From assembly GCA_009840225.1 (NCBI GenBank), contig VXOE01000271.1:6606-70605 (forward strand): a stretch of DNA of 64,000 nucleotides, in the 5' to 3' direction. Positions 55,856 through 64,000 of this stretch are shown here, piece by piece. Numbering within the stretch: position 1 is the first letter of the stretch; the number at the start of each line of letters is the position of its first letter. A model generated the notes under the pieces. It was not told the DNA's origin. It did not search any database and saw only the letters and a program-made list of their open reading frames with translations. A program made the translations under genes and the position numbers. This DNA comes from Caldilineaceae bacterium SB0662_bin_25 (lineage in GTDB: Bacteria > Chloroflexota > Anaerolineae > Caldilineales > Caldilineaceae).

Positions 55856-58800
55856 CTAAGAGTTTTCAGCCAATATCCTCTTTAATGGCCAGAATGCATT
55901 CCCACCTACATCAACCAATTTATTGATTAAGGTAGCCGTTTCTTCCTTCGTCGTATGATTGGCGTATAGAATTTCGAATGCTTCAATCCAGCCATCACTA
56001 GAATCCCAAAGGAACAACGTCTGTGGATTCTTGACCCGTGCTCCCCCTTCAAACAGATACAGATCGGCAATCTCAAGCGTATCTTCGGGCGCTGCTTGCG
56101 CAAGCAGGGGACTGACTTTGTCAAGTTCATGTTGCCAATTCAAGACCCCGTTGGTCTTTTCAAGGGTTTGTTTTACACGCTGTACAAGCCAGGCAGGTTC
56201 GAAAATACCGCTGTCAAGATTGATCCAAAGACCTAACTCCATGAGTATTTCCGGCTCTGTGACTCTCTCGATCAGCCAATCCCAGAGTTCCCTCAGTTTT
56301 CTCTTGCTTTCCGGATTGTTTGTAAAAAACTTCTCCGCTTTATTCCAAGAGATGAAATAACGCCCAAGAAAACTGACAAAGTGCGTGTGTTGTTTGAGAT
56401 TGTTGGTTTCCCAAAACGCCTTTAACAGTTGATGATCTAACTCGAACTCTTTGTAGCGCATAAACGCAAACGCTAGGTGCTCCGCAATGCCTTCATTGGG
56501 TTCCTTGGAATGCCTTTGCCCACGAGGATAGTCACTATTTCCGATCTCCAGTGCTCGTTGGTAGAGGTTTTGGATTTCGGGATCAGAAATAATATCACCG
56601 TCTAGATTATTGGTAAGATACCCCTCCCATGCTGCGGTATAGAGCCATTTCTTCACTGCATCCTGGGGAAAGATTTGCGGCAAAAGCGTTCGAATCCAAC
56701 CCTTGTCTCGAAAGTAAAATTGGGGAAGGAAACGTCCGTACATCGACATGAGGGCGCGTGTGTTCTCTCTCTCCAATACTTTTTCGTACAGTTCCTTGGC
56801 ATCTCTTCTGATCATTTTGCCATCTTGCTCGACAAACAAAGTAAACACTTCGAAGGCTCTACCACGCACAGTGTCGACAGCCATGCGGAGCGGATCTGTC
56901 GCCCACTTACCGTCAGCGTCATCGTGCATCGCTCTGAGGTCTAGGGCGTTACTAGGTGTCTCGAATTGTTCATCTTCGGGTAATGGTTCAGGATATGAAA
57001 GGAGGTAGCTAATAATCCTGAAAATCCGGTCACGACATTTGCCCAATTCAAGCAACGCCTTCCCATCCTGTTCTGTCAACAGAGCCCGCAGAACGTCCGT
57101 TGCAACCAAGTGAACAGCATCCCAGTTAGCAAGCCAAGAATCAAACCAATTAGGCTCTCTTCTTCCGCGTTCAAATGGGACTTGCTCTCCAGATTTCTTG
57201 ATCGCAATAAGAAGGTCAATTACTCCATCCCAATTTTCCTCAAGGGCCGTACTGCGGTGCTTTTGAATCGTCTCCTCGATTCCGATGAGATATAAGTAAG
57301 TGTAATAATGATCAAGAACATCTCTCTCGAAGAATAGTTCGGCGTTCTCGATGTACTCTGGCAACCGCCTTGGCATGTCGTCTCTCATCTGTTCGCCAAT
57401 ACCCCTCGCATTGACAGGATTGTACCTGTCTCTCTCTGTATTGTGTGCGTATAGTTCTTCAAGAGTCCATTCATTGCGAAGTTTTCCTGCTATCTCTGCG
57501 ACAGGTCGACTCCCGAAATCTTCCAGTGGATCTAAACCACGAGATTGTATTTCCCTGAACTCGTCATCTACGCGTATGACTGGTCTTGGTTCATGGTTTG
57601 GATCAAGCTCAAAACCTGTTGCTTCTGCTTGCTCTTTCAGCTGGGGATTCCCATTGAGAAATGGAAGAATCGTGGAAAGTATATGTGAGCCATCACATCT
57701 CCTATCTTCAGGCAACTGGCTGAATTCTTGGATGGTTTTCTGCACGAAATCTTGCTTTTCGTCTTCGGATAACACGGAAAATCCCTTTTGCAAGGCTTTT
57801 TCGTATTCAGACCCAGAGGTAATATCGTAATATCGTTCAACCTCAAATAGTCGAAAAAAGGCTGCCTTGAGTTCCTTCGTGAAAATTTCGGGTAGCAAAC
57901 TCCATGTGTAAAGCTTTAGCCGCCAGATGACTCGGCTGTCGGGAAGAGGTACAATATGGTTTTCGTAAACCCTTCTAGCCTGTTTTGATTCAACACATTC
58001 TCCACCAAAAATCCGATCAAGTAACGTTTTTAAGACAGCCACCAATTTCCGCACGTCACTTTGAAACGAATTGGGATCCATCTGGCCCAATTCAAAGTCA
58101 AAGAAATCCACGTCTGAAAATGAGTACCTATCGGTAGCCGCAAACACTGACGCGTTAATCTGCTTAGATCGCATTGACTGCATTAGAGCATCCCATTCAG
58201 ATTCAGGCAGGCCTCTTCGTCTCGAGTCCTGTTCACCCAAGGCAACGACTTCAGCCATTACCCCTGTTACTAGGGCAAGCGCCTCTTCCGCGTATGTACC
58301 CTCTATAGCAGCTAGATGCTCGAAGATTTCAGTATGTGAGAGGTAATCAAAGAAGAAAGGGGTGTCGCTGTAACGAGACGATTTTCCTATTTCTTCCTCT
58401 GTGCGTACGATCAACACGGTCTTAGCGAGTACCAGAAAGTTCTTGTAGTCCTTGGCAGTGACGAGTGTTTTGCACATTTTAGAGTATTCGAAACCCGTCT
58501 GTTCAGCTGGACCATCCATCAACGCTGGCCACTTCTCTTTGTGAATTTTCTTCACTACTCGCGCCAATTGGTGTGCCGGCAGGGACTGGCAAATTCTCAA
58601 GAAGTAGTAGAGGAGCGTCTGATTTGACACATTCGGGAAAACCGGGATCTTAAGCAATATGTTTACCACATTTGCCGGACATTTCCCTCCCATGCGCACA
58701 AGATAATGCAGTTCCGGAATTCTGATGCTGTCGGGTCTTGAGTCTTCCTCAGATTCACTTGTGATACTCAAAAATCCATTCTTCCAGAGCCAACCTAGCC

Positions 58801-59464
58801 ACCATTCGTCTGCTTTTGCGAAGAAGTACTGGCGAGCATCTAGATTGACGCCCAGAATCAATTTTAAGTCCTCTTTCATTCCCTTACTGCGCCCTTTCTT
58901 TTTCTGAACAATGCTATCAATAATCGTGTGTACATAGATCTGTTGTAATTTCAACGCGCTCCCCAATACACGGACGTAATTTTCCATCAGTTTTTCAAAG
59001 TCAGAGTCCCCGAAAGCTGCGAACTCTTTAGGTGTGAACGCTTTTAGATTTGCTCCAAGGTGGGTCAAGTCCGAAAGTTTCTTGTAGATCTCATCCAGAG
59101 TTCCGAAAGTATCCATAAATCTAGGATCACTTATCTTGCCTCCAGCATGTGATCCTGTAGCGTACTTCCTAAACAACCTCATCAGATTTGCCTCGCTTAT
59201 CTCTTTGCTAAAGAGAGGGTAAAGAATGTCTCGGGCTGATCCCGCAGCTTGGCTCATCCATACCGGGTTGGCTCTGCCCTCTGGCCTCATCACATGGAAG
59301 ACACCCATCAGCAAATCTGATGTGTCACGCCCCTGATGCTTTTTGGGATATTCACGAAAAAACTGGTCAATCCTTTTGCATAAGTCTTGTACTTCAGGAC
59401 TTAGCAAGAGTGGAGACAGAGAGCCTGGATGATTCGCGGAACTTCTGGATTGGTTGTCCGTCAT
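55856..59464 (-). CDS. Orphan 1202-aa protein, no recognisable domain
   Basis: Uninterrupted 3.6-kb ORF, visibly more AT-rich than its flanks, apparently monocistronic. Composition suggests a mostly alpha-helical protein. No P-loop, nuclease, HEPN or TIR motifs found by eye. Confidence 0.75.
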   Translation of the reverse strand: MTDNQSRSSANHPGSLSPLLLSPEVQDLCKRIDQFFREYPKKHQGRDTSDLLMGVFHVMRPEGRANPVWMSQAAGSARDILYPLFSKEISEANLMRLFRKYATGSHAGGKISDPRFMDTFGTLDEIYKKLSDLTHLGANLKAFTPKEFAAFGDSDFEKLMENYVRVLGSALKLQQIYVHTIIDSIVQKKKGRSKGMKEDLKLILGVNLDARQYFFAKADEWWLGWLWKNGFLSITSESEEDSRPDSIRIPELHYLVRMGGKCPANVVNILLKIPVFPNVSNQTLLYYFLRICQSLPAHQLARVVKKIHKEKWPALMDGPAEQTGFEYSKMCKTLVTAKDYKNFLVLAKTVLIVRTEEEIGKSSRYSDTPFFFDYLSHTEIFEHLAAIEGTYAEEALALVTGVMAEVVALGEQDSRRRGLPESEWDALMQSMRSKQINASVFAATDRYSFSDVDFFDFELGQMDPNSFQSDVRKLVAVLKTLLDRIFGGECVESKQARRVYENHIVPLPDSRVIWRLKLYTWSLLPEIFTKELKAAFFRLFEVERYYDITSGSEYEKALQKGFSVLSEDEKQDFVQKTIQEFSQLPEDRRCDGSHILSTILPFLNGNPQLKEQAEATGFELDPNHEPRPVIRVDDEFREIQSRGLDPLEDFGSRPVAEIAGKLRNEWTLEELYAHNTERDRYNPVNARGIGEQMRDDMPRRLPEYIENAELFFERDVLDHYYTYLYLIGIEETIQKHRSTALEENWDGVIDLLIAIKKSGEQVPFERGRREPNWFDSWLANWDAVHLVATDVLRALLTEQDGKALLELGKCRDRIFRIISYLLSYPEPLPEDEQFETPSNALDLRAMHDDADGKWATDPLRMAVDTVRGRAFEVFTLFVEQDGKMIRRDAKELYEKVLERENTRALMSMYGRFLPQFYFRDKGWIRTLLPQIFPQDAVKKWLYTAAWEGYLTNNLDGDIISDPEIQNLYQRALEIGNSDYPRGQRHSKEPNEGIAEHLAFAFMRYKEFELDHQLLKAFWETNNLKQHTHFVSFLGRYFISWNKAEKFFTNNPESKRKLRELWDWLIERVTEPEILMELGLWINLDSGIFEPAWLVQRVKQTLEKTNGVLNWQHELDKVSPLLAQAAPEDTLEIADLYLFEGGARVKNPQTLFLWDSSDGWIEAFEILYANHTTKEETATLINKLVDVGGNAFWPLKRILAENS

Positions 59465-60613
59465 AATTAACTCCTATTGACAATTTCAGGATGTTTCTAC
59501 CGGGAAGTTATCACGATAGTGACTTCTGTGCCGGTTAGACCGCATAGATTATACACGACTGTTCAATCCCTACGGCAGATTCATTGGCGTGTACATACAC
59601 TAGACGCTGCATACTGCTCCGACTCCGGCGTTTAGGATGAGACCGACAAACGCGTGAGCAAATCCCCAAACACCAGGAATTTTGGATATCTCCAAGGATT
59701 GCGTCAGAGATTGGCCGATAGACAGGATGCGTCAAAGGCAGACGGCAACACAGCCACCGGCGTTCGTGCAGAGCCCCTGAGGAAGCAGGATTCTACTGTC
59801 GGGCCGAAGGGTGCCACCATGCTTACAGCTAACAGTTCAAACAAAGAAAGGAAGAGAACATAACGGCCGCTTGCCTGAGAAGGATCTGACAGATTTCGCG
59901 GAGGGCGGTGCTGGGCAGGAAGACTGCCCGATGGTTCACAATGGCGGAAGTGAGAGGTTAGAAGTAGAAGTAGCAAGTAAGAATGGGAAGAGAGATTCGC
60001 GATCCGCGGCGGCTGGCGCCGCTGTGGCGAGATTGTCCACGGATGCTGTTGGGTCAGGGAACGAAGGAGCAGCGCCGGCGCGTAAGAGAGAGCCGGTTCC
60101 GGAACGGAAGTGCTGCGAATGCGGCGGAGAGATACCGCCGGAGAAGGCGGATACGCGTGACGAGTGCCGCGATTGCTATTATGCGCGGGTGCGGCTAGAG
60201 GAGAAGGAGCGCAGGGCGGGAGAGGATGGGCAGAGACGGCGCGGCTTCCTGGAAGGGCGGAACCGGGGCAGGCCGCAACGCGGTCTGTTCAACAGAGACA
60301 AGCCGACTGGCCCGCTGCCGGCCGGGGGCGCAGGTAGTGGGCCGTTATCAGGTGGCGAGGGAGATGCATCAGGAGACGGCTGAGAATGCGTGGGTTCGAG
60401 CAGGGGAGCACCCTTACAGAGCAGGCAGCCTGATCGCGCACGTGGTTACCGGTGAGCTGGAAGTGCGGGCGGCGGCCGAGCGGCCCGGCACGGAATCATC
60501 TTGACAGCAAGGATATACTGAATCACTCATTTACAGGGTGAGACAAGACGTTGATGGGGCGTACTATCACCTTGTGACGCTTTGGCGAGAGACGAAAGAG
60601 GAACGGAGATTAG

Positions 60614-60873
60614 ATGAAGAGTTCAGTTGACAGGTTGGCAGCAGATGAAATCGCGGAGATGGCGGACAGCGGTCGGGACATTTCGCGGTTTTTACCAATC
60701 AGGGAACCATGAGGCAGCCGCCTACAAACATCAGTGTCGAAATCACGCAGGAGATGTTGCAAGAACTCGATCAATTGGCGGCTGCGTTGCGTATCAGCCG
60801 CCAGGCAGCAATCAACGCCTGTCTGCGAAAGGCCCTGGATCAGCATCTGTTGGCCGAACGCGGCGAAACATGA
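60614..60873 (+). pseudogene. BrnA/CopG-like RHH antitoxin with an apparent -1 frameshift in a T5 run
   Basis: MKSSVDRLAADEIAEMADSGRDISRF stops shortly afterwards. The next frame reads FTNQGTMRQPPTNISVEITQEMLQELDQLAAALRISRQAAINACLRKALDQH. The junction is at ttttt 60689-60693. The 54-aa ORF at 60709-60873 could be expressed alone. Confidence 0.4.
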
Positions 60874-60952
60874 CCACCAACACTTCTGAGAGCGGGCTCG
60901 AAAGCCTTACTGCACGGCGTTGACAGGTCAGCTGCGGTGAAGGCCAAATCGT

Positions 60953-61798
60953 CTACTGATTTGCTGTGAGTTTTGGGTACAGCAGCGAGGCGCAAAACAG
61001 ACACAGGAGGCCTCGTCCCAGCTCTGTTTTTGGATCGACAAGGCCAACCGGGTGTACATTGACGTTACGCTGTTTCCTGATGATGTGCGCGAGGTCTACC
61101 GACTCTTCATCAAGCATTTCGGCATCGTCACACTCCGTGATCAGCTCATAGAATGTTCCGGAGGAACGTAGAGTTTGCGTCAGGAGGTTTTCTACTTTTC
61201 TACCTACCTGTAATGGTAAAGTTGCGTCAATCTTCAGGTCACCGATGGCTTCGCCGAATGTCTGGTCATGGCCAGTAACTTCCAAGGCAAGCTTTCTGAT
61301 CATTTCTTCCCTCCCGCCATCTGAATATGTTTTTGCTGCAGCAGAGAGGCGTTTGTTTTCTGAGAGCAGCTTTCCACGTTCGGTTTTCAGAATGGCGATT
61401 TCCTCGTCCTTCGTTTGGGATTCGGCACGGAGTGACTCAATATTGCTCTGCTGTCTCAACAGAATCTCTGCGCGCTCGTTGTCAGCCTGATCCAGAAATT
61501 TCAGAAGCTCCGACAAAGTCTGGTCGATTCTCTCGATATTCTGTTGGAGTTCCGCGGCGTCTTGAGCATTCGATCTGTCCTGGCCGAGTATTGTCTGGGG
61601 AGGTGTGAAAGAGGACTCAGAGGTCAGATCATCGCCGAATTCTGCGATAAGAGCATGGTACATCCTGGTGTTGCGTGGATAGACCCAGCAAACACGCTGT
61701 GGGTCCCATCTCCGGCCCTGAATCCCTCTCGCCCTTTCCTTTTGGGCGGCTGGAATGGAAAGAAGATATTCGGTTTTTGTCTCCTGAATTCGAATCAC
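60953..61798 (-). CDS. DUF5710-like N-terminus / coiled coil / DUF4145-like (Rx4H) C-terminus protein
   Basis: N-terminal AAQKERARGIQGRRWDPQRVCWVYP, like the KxxAKxLGARWDxxxKxWYVP module. Central heptad-rich region. C-terminal VDLAHIIRKQRNVNVHP. Confidence 0.55.
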   Translation of the reverse strand: MIRIQETKTEYLLSIPAAQKERARGIQGRRWDPQRVCWVYPRNTRMYHALIAEFGDDLTSESSFTPPQTILGQDRSNAQDAAELQQNIERIDQTLSELLKFLDQADNERAEILLRQQSNIESLRAESQTKDEEIAILKTERGKLLSENKRLSAAAKTYSDGGREEMIRKLALEVTGHDQTFGEAIGDLKIDATLPLQVGRKVENLLTQTLRSSGTFYELITECDDAEMLDEESVDLAHIIRKQRNVNVHPVGLVDPKTELGRGLLCLFCASLLYPKLTANQ

Positions 61799-61978
61799 TG
61801 TAGTTCCTCCTGGTTCGTTTATTCATTCGTTGACCAAGCGCAAAGCCGCTCAGAACGGGTCTAGGCGATTCTTTGACGGTTCAGGTATTAGACAGACCTA
61901 TTGAGCTGTTGCGGCCGTCCAGCCGACACAATCCTTGCGAGCAGGGATGATGTGGGTGCAGGGGCGGCGTTCTGTGAG

Positions 61979-62362
61979 CTAGAATGGCACGTCTTCGCTT
62001 TGCCTTGGATCTGGTGTCAGGCCTTGGGCCTCTTCACGTGCGCTGAGAAACCTCACGGTCCGGGCCCGCACTTCCAGCGAAGCGCGGGCGTTCCCGTCCC
62101 GGTCGGTCCACGTGCTCGGTTTTCTCATTTCACCGACAACCAGCACACGCTGCCCCTTTGTCAGGTACTGGTTGCATGTCTCAGCCTGCCGGTCCCATAC
62201 TGCCACACTGAACCAAATTGTCTCCTCCTGTGCCGTCCCGTCCTGGGTCCTCCAGCGGCGATTTGTCGCTACGCTGAAAGAGGTCACCGGCGTCCCATCC
62301 TGCATAATCTGCATCGTCGGATCTCCGCCCAAATTGCCCACTAACGTGATCTGCTGGTACAT
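61979..62362 (-). CDS. ssb: Single-stranded DNA-binding protein
   Basis: OB-fold N-terminus MYQQITLVGNLGGDP...FSVA...W..V.VW...AE....YL.KGQRVLVVGE and C-terminal acidic tip EDVPF. Confidence 0.9.
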   Translation of the reverse strand: MYQQITLVGNLGGDPTMQIMQDGTPVTSFSVATNRRWRTQDGTAQEETIWFSVAVWDRQAETCNQYLTKGQRVLVVGEMRKPSTWTDRDGNARASLEVRARTVRFLSAREEAQGLTPDPRQSEDVPF

Positions 62363-62512
62363 CGCAATCTCCTATGTGTGAAGCTGTGAAGATTCAGGCA
62401 ACAAACCGTGCGTGGCGGCTTGCGCTCGGGGACTGCCTGCAACGCCGGCTTGGGCCCGGTATGAAAGACCCCGTTGAAAGAACAGCGCGGAATGCAAGCG
62501 TTGCGTAGAGTA

Positions 62513-64000
62513 TTATCCTGGCCGTCTCCTCTGTTGCCGTAAGAGGGCCCCTACTATCGTAATCTCATAGTAGGAGTAGTCGTCGCCGAGCAGCTCCTTG
62601 ACCTGAGACAGGGGGCTACCGCCTGCGGCTCTGAAGGCCCTCCTGATCTCTTCAATCCTCTCAGCCGGCGGCAGCATTGGCCTCAGGTCAATGTCCATTC
62701 CGCCCTCTATGAGGCGTTCCAGATGACCGGCTATGGTGCTCATCTCGAGGTTCCGTTCTTTCGCTATCTGTTCAACAGACAGGCCTTGTTCCAGCATCTG
62801 TCTGGTCGTTTCGTAGGTCGCTCCCCTTCGCTCCCTTCTTTGTCTTCTGCTTCTTCGTGCAACGGGGATGCTGCGCTCCGTCAAGCCGTGCCGGCGCGCG
62901 TAGCTGCCGATCACGGTAATGAATGCATCGCCCATCTCCTTCAGTTTCTTTCCTTTCATACCGGAAATGCGGGAAAGACTCCTGCGATTCTGGGGAAGGT
63001 AGTGCGCCATCTGCTGGAGCGCGGCATCATCAATTATCACGTTGGGCGGGATGTCTCTCTCCGCGGCCAACCGGCGGCGCAAGCCGCGCAACTCCTCAAA
63101 CAGTCCTTGATCGAAGTCGAGGACCGTGCGGCCGGCGGCCGGCACTTTCCTCCCCTCAGGTACGGATCGTGTGAGAACCAGCCTTGTGCGGCTCTTTAGA
63201 AAGCGCCTGCCTGTATGCGTGACAGACAGAGTCGAGGATTCTCCTTCGTCCCTGTCAAGCAATCCCTTTGCAACCAACTGACCGGCAATCTCCTTTATCT
63301 CATCTACGGAGTAGCTGTTGACAGCGCCATAGACGCTGAGTTCATCGTGCCCCAGCCTTTTCACTATCGGATTCCCGGAACCCCGCAGCACGGCAGCGAC
63401 GTGGGTGATGCCGAAGCGCTCTCCCGTGTGAATGACGACCGAGAGGATCCGGTGCGCGATCGCGGTGGCGTCGAACTCCTCTTTGGCCGGCCGGCATACG
63501 TCGCAGCCGCCGCAGTTCCCCTCCGGCCACTCTTCGCCGAAGTAGCGCAGCAGGTATCTTCGCCGGCAGGCCTGCATCTGGCAGTACTCGATGACCTGGC
63601 CCAGCTTCTTATATGCGTCGCGGCGTATCACTTTATCCTCGATCTCATTTATGAAGCGTTCCAGTATCGGCACGTCGTCGTAGGAGAAGAAGAGGACACA
63701 GTCGCTGGGCAGCCCGTCGCGGCCGGCGCGGCCTGTCTCCTGGTAGTAGCCCTCAAGCGTCTTGGTCAGGTCATAGTGGACGATCAGCCGGACGTTCGAC
63801 TTGTCGATGCCCATTCCGAACGCGATCGTGGCAACGATGATCGGGGTCCGGTTTTGCATGAAGTGCTCCTGGGTCTGATTCCGCTCGTCATCTTCCATCC
63901 CGGCGTGGTAGTGCAGTGCGTCGAAACCGTTGTTACGCAACTGAGAGGCCAGATCCTCGGTATCCTTGCGGGTGGTGCGGTAGATGATGACGGGTTCGGC
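62513..64000 (-). CDS. recQ: ATP-dependent DNA helicase RecQ (partial; N-terminus beyond the window end)
   Basis: Helicase C motifs IVATIAFGMGIDKSNVRLIVHYD and YYQETGRAGRDG, Zn/RQC region CRRRYLLRYFGE...CGGCDVC, HRDC-like LRGLRRRLAAERDIPPNVIIDDAALQQMA. The frame stays open to 64000. Confidence 0.9.
   Translation of the reverse strand, partial: AEPVIIYRTTRKDTEDLASQLRNNGFDALHYHAGMEDDERNQTQEHFMQNRTPIIVATIAFGMGIDKSNVRLIVHYDLTKTLEGYYQETGRAGRDGLPSDCVLFFSYDDVPILERFINEIEDKVIRRDAYKKLGQVIEYCQMQACRRRYLLRYFGEEWPEGNCGGCDVCRPAKEEFDATAIAHRILSVVIHTGERFGITHVAAVLRGSGNPIVKRLGHDELSVYGAVNSYSVDEIKEIAGQLVAKGLLDRDEGESSTLSVTHTGRRFLKSRTRLVLTRSVPEGRKVPAAGRTVLDFDQGLFEELRGLRRRLAAERDIPPNVIIDDAALQQMAHYLPQNRRSLSRISGMKGKKLKEMGDAFITVIGSYARRHGLTERSIPVARRSRRQRRERRGATYETTRQMLEQGLSVEQIAKERNLEMSTIAGHLERLIEGGMDIDLRPMLPPAERIEEIRRAFRAAGGSPLSQVKELLGDDYSYYEITIVGALLRQQRRRPG

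Noticed and set aside
59811-60383. 190-aa ORF with a CCECGG...CRDCYY Cys cluster
   Set aside because: Mostly low-complexity Gly/Arg/Ala/Glu sequence in GC-rich DNA, with no clear RBS or family resemblance. Coding status is too uncertain to call.

Overview
GC-rich bacterial chromosomal window (taxon not determinable from sequence alone). By eye there are no rRNA or tRNA genes and no CRISPR array. It divides into four parts. (1) 0.4-9.5 kb: an ABC ATPase, then an OmpR-type two-component system flanked by paralogous lipoproteins built from an unassigned ~190-aa module (1, 1 and 4 copies plus a fragment), with a ~300-bp leader duplicated upstream of two of the operons. (2) 9.5-26 kb: a decayed mosaic of mobile DNA. 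It holds one intact tyrosine recombinase plus three degenerate copies, an IS1182-family element with clear inverted repeats and a target-site duplication, an IS3-like remnant, toxin-antitoxin pairs (HigB/RelE-like with HTH antidote; Doc with antitoxin), a stand-alone Ser/Thr kinase with a C-terminal Zn ribbon, a GIY-YIG protein, two solute-binding-protein paralogs (one with an in-frame stop) and a TPR protein. (3) 26.4-31 kb: a plasmid-like replication module with four 22-bp iteron-like repeats, a 553-aa candidate initiator, a RecA-fold AAA_25-like ATPase, a Toprim/Zn-finger primase-like protein and a small RHH protein, followed by an orphan Phd-type antitoxin and a HEPN/MNT pair. (4) 32-59.5 kb: a dense defence island containing a Mrr-cat-like nuclease fused to an unknown 390-aa region, an HNH endonuclease, and an HTH-SNF2-DUF3883 helicase, a DUF1156 methyltransferase and a DUF499 ATPase (a conserved predicted defence trio). 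The trio is split open by nested cassettes: a DUF5678-like/retropepsin-like pair, a TIR-APAZ plus short pAgo pair (SPARTA-type), an ABC-ATPase-Toprim fusion with a DUF2806-like partner, and an AAA_15-like ATPase with a DUF4276-like Toprim protein. An HsdR remnant and an AT-richer orphan 1202-aa protein follow. The window ends with a DUF5710-like/coiled-coil/DUF4145-like protein, ssb and a partial recQ. The best candidates for undescribed biology are the ATPase-Toprim/DUF2806 cassette that is translationally coupled to the methylase, the nested architecture of the helicase/methylase/ATPase locus, the 1202-aa orphan and the nuclease-plus-unknown-domain protein. All family names come from motif recognition by eye and need HMM or structure confirmation.
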